From assembly GCF_009914755.1 (NCBI RefSeq), contig NC_060927.1: DNA of 64,000 nucleotides. The stretch is one strand, 5' to 3'. This document shows positions 1-12,409 of this stretch, piece by piece. A model generated the notes under the pieces. That model saw only the letters and a program-made list of their open reading frames with translations, was not told the origin of the DNA and made no database searches. The translations under genes were made by a program, and so were the position numbers. Source of the stretch: the human T2T-CHM13v2.0 reference genome, Homo sapiens. The first letter of the stretch is position 1; every line of letters begins with the position of its first letter.

Positions 1-259
1 CTCTAATACATGAAAACCATGAATTCATAGTGGTGGTTTCAAAGCCAAAACCAACCAAACACATGTAATTGGTCACTCTTGGAGGTACCTAGGGCACTAA
101 CTCCTAACACTGGGAATGGACACTTGAAGGAAGATCAGCAATTATCCTGTCTTTTCTCTACAAATTGCAATTCAGGGAAACCTTGTTGATTAGGGAAAGT
201 TCTTTACATAAGAATTCCTGCAAATAAGTGAGTAAAGAATGACAGTTTAAGAATTGTCT

Positions 260-475
<216 letters not shown>

Positions 476-501
476 GAATTGTCAAATTCCCACCCCTAAT
501 G

Positions 502-1490
502 CCGTGGTTCTCTAACCTGTGTAACAGGATCACCTGGAGGGACCCTACCCCAGACCTTCCGATTCAGTCCTGGGGGGACCCTACCCTAGATCTTCCGATT
601 CAGTCCTGGCGGGACCCCACCCGTGATCTGATTCAGTCCTGGGGGACCCCACCCCAGATCTTCCGATTCAGTCCTGGGGGGACCCTACCCCAGATCTTCC
701 GATTTTGTCCTGTAGGGACCCTACCCCAGATCTTCCGATTCAGTCCTGGGGGACCCCACCCCAGATCTTTCTATTCAGTCCTGGGTGGACGCTACCCCAG
801 ATCTTCCGATTCAGTCCTGGGGGGACCCTACCCCAGATCTTCCGATTCAGTCCTGGGGGGACCCTACCCCAGATCTTCCGATTCAGTCCTGGGGGGATGC
901 TACCCCAGATCTTCCGATTCAGTCCTGAGGGTCCCCACCCATGACCTTCCGATTCAGTCCTGGGGGGACCCTACCCCAGATTTCCTGATTCAGTCCTGGG
1001 GGACCCCACCCATGATCTTGCAATTGAGTCCTGGGGGGACCCCACCCCAGATCTTCCGATTCAGTCCTGGGGGGACGCTACCCCAGATCTTCTGATTCAG
1101 TCCTGAGGGTCCCCACCCATGACCTTCCGATTCAGTCCTGGGGGGACCCTACCCCAGATTTCCTGATTCAGTGCTGGGGGACCCCACCCATGATCTTGCA
1201 ATTCAGTCCTGGGGGGACCCCACCCCAGATCTTCCGATTCAGTCCTGGGGGGACCCCACCCCATACCTTCCGATTCAGTCCTGGAGGGGACCCCATCCCC
1301 GATCTTCTGATTCAGTCCTGGGGGGGACCCCACCCATGATATTCTGATTCAGTCCTGGGGGACCCCACCCCAGATCTTCCGATTCAGTCCTGGAGGGACC
1401 CTACCCCAGATCTTCCTATTCAGTCCTGGTTCGGCCTGAGAATTTGCATTTCTAACATGTCCAGGGACCACAGTTTGAAAACCTCCACGG
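502..1490. mobile_element. MER5A-like hAT DNA transposon expanded by an internal VNTR
   Basis: Left end CCGTGGTTCTC..ATCACCTGGAGGG; right end GAGAATTTGCATTTCTAACA..GGGACCACAGTTTGAAAACC; inverted termini CCGTGG/CCACGG. Confidence 0.75.
534..1428. repeat. 36-bp minisatellite (GGGGGGACCCTACCCCAGATCTTCCGATTCAGTCCT), about 25 copies
   Basis: Tandem units read directly, with small indels in the G run. Confidence 0.97.
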
Positions 1491-2564
1491 CTGACATGTA
1501 ATGGGATGACATGGTCCAATAAATGAAGGAAAAATAACAGGTGGCAACCTCAGGCAGCTTCATCCCAACCAGTAAGAAAGTAAATCCTTTTGTAAACTCA
1601 GAGGAAGTATTAATATGGGCGTTTGAGCAAACATTTAAGTGTTAGGACAAATAATTAAAAACTAGCACAGGCACCCCTGAAGCATGATAGGATGGCAACA
1701 GAAGGGCTGATTTAGTTTCCAAGAAATAACTGACAGGCAATGTTGTGCGTGTGTCTACTACTTAGGAACCCAAAACAAACCTTCAGACCGTTTTCATGAG
1801 TACTGAGACCAAGAAAACCACTGGGCAGTGGGTGGTCTGGAAATGTAAATGTTGATGGTACTCCAGTAAAGAGTCATGGAACAATGCTTCATATTGAAAA
1901 TGTTTTTGTAAATGTGGGTTTCAAGGTTTCATAGTGAACCCATATGTGTTAGGAGAAAAGACACACCAAAGAAGTAAAATAATTGGGTCAATATAAAAAG
2001 TAGAATATTGCCCAGAGAGAAGATGTGGATAATTTCTAACACGGATCAAAGGCACCAAAAAGGTGAGCTGTAAGATATTCAGACCTGCACCGTCCCCTGC
2101 AGTAGACACAGACAACATCTTGGTAGGCAACGGGGTGAAAATTCAGAGACAACCCTAGGAACTATGAGGATGAAAAAAGTTAGCATTCATGGAATGAGGC
2201 ACTGAAGAACCTGAAAAGCTGGAATAACCCCATGAAATAATGAGAATAATTGTAGTATCCTGAACCGGGGCACAGGACACAGGACTAGGGTGGAAGGCGG
2301 CATGAGACTACGCGCACAGGAAAGACCCAGGGATCACAGTGGCCCAAAGCTGGGCACTTCCCAATTCTGGGGATTTGTGCAACAGGCACTCCAGGCTCCA
2401 CGGTAGAACTGTGTCCAGCACGAAGGCAGTGCTGTCTTGCGGGAGGCAGGGCTGCACCACCACAGGGGCGGGAAGGGGCCCGGCAGGGAGGCGCCCAGTG
2501 TTTCCAACTGCACGGGGTCGGGGGCGGCGCTGATGCAGAGCGCGGGGGCGCAGGTTAAACCTAA

Positions 2565-3243
<679 letters not shown>

Positions 3244-3552
3244 GAGTTTCCGACTGTTAGCGTGAATCACATTCACGTCAAAACTTCTTTTTATACAAGA
3301 ACTAAAAGGCAAACGAAATCCCTGCTCCATCACTGCCTGTCCCGGGTCGCGGCGCGGGACATTTCCTCCAAGCGCCTTCCCGGCCCCGCGCGCAGGTGGC
3401 CTGCGCCGGAGGATCCCGGACAACGCGCATTTCCTGCGCCCCCGGAAGCGGCGGTAACGCCTGGCCCTGCCCCCGGCAGAGGCGGAAGTGGTGTCGCTCT
3501 GAGAGGTCGCCCGTGGCCGCAGGTGCCTCAGCCCAGCCGCGCGCCTTGGCCC

Positions 3553-3651
3553 TTGGCCGCCTACTCCTACCGCCCCGGCCTTGGGCGGCCCTGGGCCTGC
3601 TGCGGGCGCGGCGCTGCCCGACCAGAGCTTCCTGTGGAACGTCTTCCAGAG
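3553..3651 (+). pseudogene. PDCD6 (ALG-2) unprocessed pseudogene, exon 1 coding remnant
   Basis: Encodes AAYSYRPG../GPGPAAGAALPDQSFLWNVFQ, matching the ALG-2 N-terminus; start ATG>TTG at 3553, a frameshift near 3583-3586, and donor GT>CT at 3652. Confidence 0.93.
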
Positions 3652-3699
3652 CTGCCACCTGGCACCGCCCCGGCACCTCCCGCCTCCGCCGCAGCCGTC

Positions 3700-3990
3700 C
3701 CGGACCCGTGTCCCGACCCCCGCGGCCAACCCCGTTCCCTGCCGGTTGCCCCGCGGCCTCCCCCGTCACCTGCCGGGTCCCCAGCGGCCTCCCCCGTCCC
3801 CTGCCCCGACCTCCGCCGTCTCCCCCGCCCCTGCCCGGACCCCCGCGGGCGCCCCCGAACCCTACCCCGACCGACGCGGCCGCCCCCATCCCCTGCCGGG
3901 TCCCCCGCGGCCGCCCCCATCCCCTTCCGGGTCCCCCGCGGTCTCCCCCGTCCGCTGCCCGGTCTCCTGGGGCCGCCCCTGCCTCCTGCC
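3700..3990. repeat. Degenerate C-rich tandem repeat (CCCCGCGGCCGCCCCCATCCCCTGCCGGGTC-like)
   Basis: Recurring CCCCGCGG / CCCCTGCC / CCGGGTCC blocks; G-quadruplex-prone on the - strand. Confidence 0.6.
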
Positions 3991-4624
3991 CGGTCCCTGT
4001 CCTGTGCGTCGGGCGCTACCCAAGGTGCAGAGGGCGCCACTGCAGACCCGAGGTCGCGGCCACCGGCTCCTGGGCCAGGCCCTGTTTCTCGCCTCGAGCC
4101 GTCGGGGGAGGGTCTCCAGGGTGCTTGTTTGGGGAAAGCGGAAACAGACTGTCTGGGCCGCTGTTAAAATGTCAGCAGCCAAGGAAGAAGCAGCGACCTG
4201 GCGTCTGCTCGGGCCAGGTGACCTTTATGGCGGCGCCTTCTGTCCCTGGTCGCTTTTCCACTGAATGAATGACCGAAACTGTAGTAACTCATGGCCAGGG
4301 AATGGCTTAGTTATCTGAGGGAATCTTGTCTGTGAAAAAGGGAAACTGGTGCAAATGGGAATTCAGACAGGTCAGGAGGGGAAGGAAGGGAAGGATTGAG
4401 GTGGGAAAAGAGAGAGAAAGATGATTGTCCTCTTAGGGGAAGAACACACTTGGACGTGGCTCCTGGGGCACTTCCTTGATTCCGCTGTACTCCTCAGCGG
4501 GACCGGAGAGGCGGAGGTTCCAGGAGGGAGCCTTCCAGAGTCGGTGCAGGGTTGACAGGAGACGTTTGTTTTGCTTTTCCTGAACTTTCGATCGCCAGCT
4601 TGTTTGGTCTTCTTGATGTTATAG

Positions 4625-4684
4625 GGTTGATAGAGAGGAGTGGAGTGATATCGGACACCCAGCTTCGGCAAGCTCTCTCCAAGG
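4625..4684 (+). pseudogene. PDCD6 pseudogene exon 2
   Basis: ATAG|GGTTGAT..RSGVISDTQLRQALSK..|GTGAGT, matching ALG-2 RSGVISDTELQQALSNG; splice sites intact, small frameshift near the start; no later PDCD6 exons recognised. Confidence 0.9.
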
Positions 4685-6947
4685 GTGAGTGGGCCAGTGG
4701 GACCTGGGTCTCCGGACCAAGAAGCCGCGAGCCTGCCCTGCTCACAGTGGATAACTTTCTTTCTGAAGTTGATTTTCCAAGGACAAAGGAATCATTAGGA
4801 CAAATTATTATTACTGCTTCATGGTGGAGATGCTTCTGGTTTATTTTGTGGCTACCGCTGTTACTGCTTGGAGTGCCTCACCGAGCCAGCTAACAACGGC
4901 GTGCGTGAGCACAGGGAAAGGCTTCTTGAGAAATGAAAACTAGGTTGTAGGTTTAGGAGGGGAATAGGAAGGTTAGCTCTGTCCAGCCGAAAGCCTTTTG
5001 GTAAGTTGGGGGTCCTTGAATTTCCTGGGTGACTGCAGCTTGGTGACTTCTCTGAATAGACCTTCGAGGGCACTGGGGGGTGATTGTTGGAGGGCTTGGG
5101 GAGCTCAGGCAGCACTTGTGTGGGAACGTGGCTGTTACAGGAACTGCAGAAACTGGGACTGGGTTCCTGGGGAAAGGATTGGGGGTGTTGGAGGCGCTGG
5201 CAGGGGAGTTATGGGGAGGCGTTCTTATCAGTGTGCGAATAGTGGGCGTTCAGGCAGCGGGAAATCCGGGTCCTTGCGTGTTGTGAGCTCCCTGGAGTTA
5301 CGTTCTTGCCAGTTTCAGCTCAATTGATCCCCCTCCCCTGAGCTATCATTGGATACATTTTACTTCATTGAACACCTGACTGCTGCTTTTTCTGTAATCC
5401 CTCAGGGGCAGTCATCTTTTCTGATTCTGAGTATAGTTTGCCTTTCCAGATCCGTGCCATTTAAGCTAGAAAAGGGGTCAGTTTTGAGATGTGAAAATGT
5501 TGAAAGGCTCCTCGTTATTAGTGGGAAGTATCTGATGTTGCCAGAGACTGAACTGGGGCGCGGGGAGCACTACGGCTGCTAGACACTGCCTCACTGCGCT
5601 GTGGGTGGGGGAGGTGCTGGATTCAGTCTTACTGCCTAATGATTTGTGAGGATTTGTGTTTTCAGAGTAACATGTTTACCTTATGTTATCAGTTCCTAAT
5701 ATGTGACGTATGGGCCACAGATGCTGGTGTATTATTTCACATGCATTTATATAGATTGTTTTCAGGGAATTCAGAAATTCTGTTATCTCTACACTAGTGA
5801 TTGTGCTTTCTTGATTTTTCTCTTTTCATTATTCTTAAATCCTCCTTTTTTTTATTTGCATCTCAGTTTATTTATACTCGGGAAGTGCAAGACATGGCTA
5901 CTAGAAAGAGATGTCAAGAGAACCCGGAATCCAGTAGGCTACAATTTGGCAAATCTTAGCTTAAAACTTCCTAAATGTTGACCACAGTGGATGCAAATGG
6001 CTCTGTGCATCGTCTGTTCAATATGGTCAGGTGACCACCCAGGTTCACGTGGTTTGTCACCAGGGTGATACGAGCCACATGGAGTGCCCTCCTCAGAGGC
6101 CATGTCTCAGAGATGTGTATTTTGAGTGGTTTTCCAGCAAGTGATGCAAGATTTATGATCCATTTTAAGAGCCTGCTTTTTATGCATTTGCTCAAATTTT
6201 TAGATTTTAAGTTTAGTTTTAGGTTTTCTGTTAAACTTGCTCAACTAGGAGTGGTGGTCAAATACTGGACCTCATTAGCATGGTAGCCTGCACACCTTGG
6301 CAGGCTCCACTGGAGTGCTTTGGGGCCTGCCTGGATTCCAGTCCTGGCTCTACCAGTTTTGTGTCCTCGCCATTACTGGGAGGGAGAATTGAGGAAATGC
6401 ATGTGAGGTGCTTCCCGTGATTCCTGGCACGGAGCAAGTGCTCAGTAATTGTCAGCTGTGAGTATTAGTAGTAGCTAATACACTACTACTATTCTTGGCT
6501 AACAAGCCAGCTCAAAGCTTTGATGGTTTTCCATTACCTGATGATGGTGATGATGGTTTCCACTTCCTGAACACTCACACCCCTGGGCTAGGCACTTAAC
6601 CCAAATCCAAGGTCAGCGTTATTGTTTGGGGGTGGGGGAGACACCTCCTGCTCTGACTCGTGTGTTTGGGTTCCCGTATTTTCACCAGAGGGTGTTAGTC
6701 CTGCCCAAGTTCAGCTGGTCCTCAAAGCGTATATAGCTCTTTAACCGTCAGCAAGTGTCAGTCAGAACATAATCTTGATTTCAGCTGCTACTAAATATCT
6801 ACCAGGAGCCTGCTTGAGAGAGAGAATTGCCTGACAGGTGCTGAGTCCACCATTCCTGAGATACTTTGAAATCAGTGTCTGGCTTAACCCAAGCTGTGTA
6901 TGGGGACCCTCTCACCGTGGTCCCAATGGAGTCGCTTTTGTTAGGCG

Positions 6948-8140
6948 CCCCCCTTTACCTTGGGCTCTGAGCTTCCTCTGCCTTTCATCTCTGCAGGATG
7001 AAGCCCCACCCGCCGTACAGGATGCAAAGCCCTCCTCTATAAAGTGCATGCGGGGCCAGATGCAGTGGCTCACGTCTGACCTCCCAACACCTTGGGAGGC
7101 CGAGGCAGGGGGATCGTTTGAGACCAGCCTGGGCAACATTGTGAGACCCTGTTCCTTGAATTGCCCTGGGAGATTTCCTCAGCTTGTGTTGGAGGCATGT
7201 GGCCCCATGAAGCCCGTAGTCACCGTTTACCCTGAGAGACGCTGGCTTTGGGGCTGACACACCTGCTGCGGGGCAGCCCCAGGAGATGGCCACCCTGTTT
7301 CTCCTGGAGCTGGAGCTGCGCGTGTTCTCAGCAACTGTGGTGGCTGTCCTGTTTTGTTTGCATCTTATAAAGCTTTACCTGATTACATTTTCCTCTTCAG
7401 TTTAGCTGCTAGAGAACTTAAAGTCAGATTGGTGGCTCGCCAGTAATGAGAGTTTAGAGTAGAGGTAAACTTTATGACATAGTCTTAGACTCTTCCGTTT
7501 CTCCTCAGCCAACATGATTCACATTTACTTTATTTTGCTGTACTGTGAGTGTCTTTGTGTTTCCTGAATTCCTTCTGGAATAAGGCAGGCTGGTAGTAAG
7601 CACAGGTTTCTGGTCCATCTCATAGCCTCAGGCAGTGGGTGGTGCTGTCCATGCTCCCTTTCTGGGTTACCTGTGGTAGCTCTGAAGTTGCAGGGCTGCG
7701 ATTTGAAGCCTGATTTAGTACACCGTGTTTCTGTCATGTTCTGTGGTGGTTTGCTCCTGACATGTGACCATTCACCCTGTGGCCCTGTGTTTTTCCACCA
7801 CACCTCTGCCTGGTGGCATCCTACTGGATGTCTCAGCCGAGCCACTCTGTTCTGAAGATGCCCTTGTCCTCCACCCCTTTGCTTTGGGCTCTGAGCTTCT
7901 GCCTTTCATCTCTGTAGGATGAAGCCCCACCCGCCCTTCAGGATGCCAGCCTTGGCAACATTGTGAGACCCTGTTTCTACAAAAAGTAAACGTGTAGTGG
8001 TGCACGCCTGTAGTTCCAGCTACTTGGGAGGCTGAGATGGGAAGATCACTTCAGCCTGGGAGGTTGAGGCTGCATTGAGCTGAGATCAAGCCACGGCACT
8101 CCAGCCTGGGAGACAGAGCGAAACCCCATCTCAAAAAAAC
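6948..8140 (+). repeat. Local direct duplication (6948-7153 vs 7874-7974) associated with a split Alu
   Basis: TGGGCTCTGAGCTTC..CCTTTCATCTCTG.AGGATGAAGCCCCACCCGCC and GGCAACATTGTGAGACCCTGTT each occur twice. Confidence 0.8.
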
Positions 8141-9028
8141 AAAGAAAGTGGATGCGCGCTGCTCCTGCCATTGGATCATCGCAGCATTTTTCTTTTCTCT
8201 GATATGCGCCTTTTTCCTCACCGTGGGGGCTCATGTTTTCGTAGTTTCTTCTCGCTACTAGATTGTGAGCTGCGTGAAGGAAGGTTCATAGTTGTGTTGT
8301 ATGTACAGGCACACAAAATTTGTCCTTGGATAGACACATATCAGTCCGCTTCCTTCTCCTCTCTGAATTTCTTTATTTAAAAAAAAGAATTAGAGATGGA
8401 GTCTCACTGTCTTGCCCAGGCTGGTCTCAAACTCCTAGGCTCAAGCGATCCTCCCGCCTCTACTAATATGAATTATTAGCCTATACTAATATGAATTCCT
8501 ATACTAATATGATTGAAATTAGTTTGACTTGTATAATAATTGTTCTCCCAGATTGGGCTTCTGTTTTGATAGTAGAACTAAATTATTAGGCTATTTCAAG
8601 AAATTAATATATTACTGGTAGAAAAACTGAAGCTACAAAATGGCCTGGTTTCTCACTTCAGTTAAATTTGTGCTTCTGAGTGCTTGTATTGTAGGTGAAA
8701 CCGCACTGAGAAGGTATTTGTGGCCCGTACGCTGGTTCATTGATGAGACTTCTTTGCACAGGAGAGCCGCTAAAAATTACTGTGGTGAACAGGTATGAAG
8801 AAGACTGTTCTCTGCCCTTCTTTTTGCAATAAAATGTTACAAACTATCTTGAGTTTGATCCCTTTTCGGGTGTTTGGGTTTTTTTAACATTCACATATTT
8901 ATTGGAATTATAAGAAATTAACTTTGTGCTTCTGAAGTGGGTTTGCCTTAATATAACACTGTTGTATTTGTAAGGGGCATTTTTAAAGTTGTACTTTAAA
9001 AAATAATAATTCTTAGATTCGTTTGAAG

Positions 9029-9557
<529 letters not shown>

Positions 9558-10041
9558 TTAGGTGTTACAAAATCCAGGCCAGACCAATCTAAACTTTAAT
9601 CTCATACCCAGTTCCTAGATGAGTCCCTTCTCCAGCTCAGGTTCCGCCTAAGCCTCAGGGTTCCTTACTTGGTGGGCACCACCTGCTCCCTTCCCCACCT
9701 TTGTCCTCTTTTTCCTCTGCTGGCTCCTCCGGGGTTGGGTGTGTTCAGAGGCAGAGACAGGCTAAAGGTCTTTGTCCTTTAGGTTCTGTTGATGGGTGAG
9801 TTCCAGATATAGCTTTCTCTTGTAGGATATTTCATTTTTTTATCTATTAAAAATATTTATTTAGAACACACCATTCATGTGCCAGACCCTGTTCCAGGAA
9901 CTGGGGAGAGGGTGATAAATGAGATCAACAAAAATACCTGCCCACATTAAGCTCCTGTTCTAGGGAAGACAAAAAAGAAAGAAAATACACGTGTCCTTAG
10001 TACATTAGAAGGTTCCAAGTACTGTAGAGAAAAATAAAGTA

Positions 10042-10399
<358 letters not shown>

Positions 10400-11297
10400 T
10401 CACAGTGGAGGGGCTGGGGATGCACGGGAGGGGCTGGGGATGTGAGCTTTCCTGAGCTCCCACAGTTCTCTGCCCCTCTCCTGTCTCATGGCGCAAGGGC
10501 CCCCTGGGGCTTGCGGTGGTTTTGCGCCAAGCTAATATCTTGTTCTTCCCAACAGACGGAGGCCCATTGAGGCTTCTCTGTCCTCCACGGGGACCAGCAT
10601 TGGGCTAAACCTGCAGACACCATTGCAAAGGGAATTCAGGCAAACCCGGTGGTGAAGAATGATTCCAGCGCGAGGACAGAGGCTGACATTTCTTGCCTGG
10701 GTGATTTAATGTTGCGCATCAATTTTTCACTCCCCCCGTAAGAGTATGACATAGCCACAACCTTGCCAGGGCCCGAGGGAGGGTGGATGGACTTATCCAT
10801 CCCATAGGTGTTGCTCGTGGCTGGGTGACTTGCTTCTGCCAATGAGATTTTCACAGACACGGTACAAGCAGAAGCCTGGAATCTGTGGGCACTGCCAGGC
10901 CTGCCCTCTAAGGCTCTTGATTTTCCCCACGAGATGTGCGTGCTCCAGGGAACGGCGGCTCTGGCTGTGGGATGAGAGGCGTGTGGAGCAGGCATGGTTC
11001 CCATCCTTAGCCTGGAGTCAAGGCCAGACTAGATCAGCCTAAGCCCAGCCATGCCACAGGTGCAGTAGTGAAGAGCAAATGCTAACTGTCCATGGAATTG
11101 ACTTTCAAAGGGGCGTGTCATGTGCCTCATCCCAGCAACAGGGAAGGCATTTCTCTATCAGTCAGTTTGTAAATGATTATTGACAAACAATGTGCTGGGA
11201 AGGTGGAGTGATTTGAGTAGATTTGGCCTCTATTCTCATGGAGCTTCCTTTCTAGAGGGGAAGGCAGATGATGGATGGATAAATATAAATGATTCTA

Positions 11298-11420
11298 ACA
11301 GGTTGGTGCAGCAGTCATTAAAAGTAATGGCAAAAAAACACAAAAGAAACGGGGAGGAGCCGGTGCTGCAGTTCATGAATAGTAATGGCAAAACCCGCGA
11401 TGACTTGTGCCCCAACCTAA
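11298..11420. mobile_element. MADE1-like mariner MITE, rearranged
   Basis: Termini AGGTTGGTGCA ... TGTGCCCCAACCTAA with internal AGTAATGGCAAAA. Confidence 0.7.
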
Positions 11421-11864
11421 CCCAGTAACCACGGGTGTGCAAATGTGGCGATGGGCAAGTTCCGAGTGCTAGGAGAGCATCTAGCTTCCCGGAGTCAGGA
11501 GACGGGGGTTGGCAACCTAACCAAGGTTAAGTCCAAGTGAGGGGGGTGGGCAGGGAGCGATATTTCAGTGGAGACTCCAAGGATGAATGGTATTTAGAGA
11601 GTAAACCCCGATAGAGAGGGTGTGTGTCTGGCACAGAGAAGAGCCTGTGCAAAAGCTGGTGGGGCGAGAGGACACCGTGTGTTCATCCACCTGAGGGGCG
11701 ACCAGCAGGCTGGAGCTCAGCGGGTTGAGAGGAGGATGCAGAGCCCGGGAAAGGCACCCTAGGCAGAGGGCACAGAAGTGCAAAGGCCTGGAGTCAGGCC
11801 TGAGCCTGTGTGGTTTGAGGAACGGACAGAGGCCTGTCCGTCAGGAAGGGAATGGCACAGGGGA

Positions 11865-12023
11865 GAGACCTTAGGCCACAGCAGAGGGCAGGGCAGAGGG
11901 CAGGGCCGTGCTGGGCACTGTGGGCTGTGGATGGTGCTGGCATTTAAGAGGGGAGACCATAGACCAGGGCAGAGGGCAGGGCCGTGCTGGGCACTTTGGG
12001 CTGTGGATGGGAGCTGGCATTTA
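11865..12023. repeat. 76-bp tandem duplication (2 copies)
   Basis: CAGGGCAGAGGGCAGGGCCGTGCTGGGCACT..GCTGGCATTTA at 11889 and 11965. Confidence 0.85.
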
Positions 12024-12409
12024 TGCTCAGGTGATGGGAATGTGTTAAAAGATTTTAAGGAGGGGAGTAACAGTTGGGATTAATGTGTATTCTGGGAATC
12101 TCAACAAAGTAAATTCATAGTTTGAATTTTCATAAGACTTCTGCACAGGCAGAGAGAAATAAGATCGTGTCTACAGCTGTGTGATGATTTTATTGAAAAA
12201 CTACTAAGTTTTTAAACGTGATTTCAAATGGTGTGTTTCTGTTTCACATTGGACATAAGTAGATTGCAAGGCTAATGGAAAGTAGAAAAGTTAACTCATG
12301 AACATAAAAGAGGTATCGATTTGAAAACAAAACATTTATTCATTTACTTCCGCTGCAGATTTCTTGACTGCTGAATTTCATGAGAAGGGATTGTTCAGGG
12401 AGGGACGTG

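Larger units (their letters stand above)
3300..4260 (+). promoter_or_regulatory. CpG-island promoter of the duplicated PDCD6 copy
   Basis: Very high GC and CpG density; ETS-type CCGGAAGC (~3442) and GCGGAAGTG (3482) just upstream of exon 1. Confidence 0.8.

Noticed and set aside
499-1333. 198-aa and smaller ORFs over the 36-bp VNTR
   Set aside because: Produced by a stop-free repeat unit; no promoter or splice evidence.
11298-11420. miR-570/miR-548-type hairpin
   Set aside because: The palindrome is disrupted by an insertion, and the flanks do not match the miR-570 precursor as I recall it.
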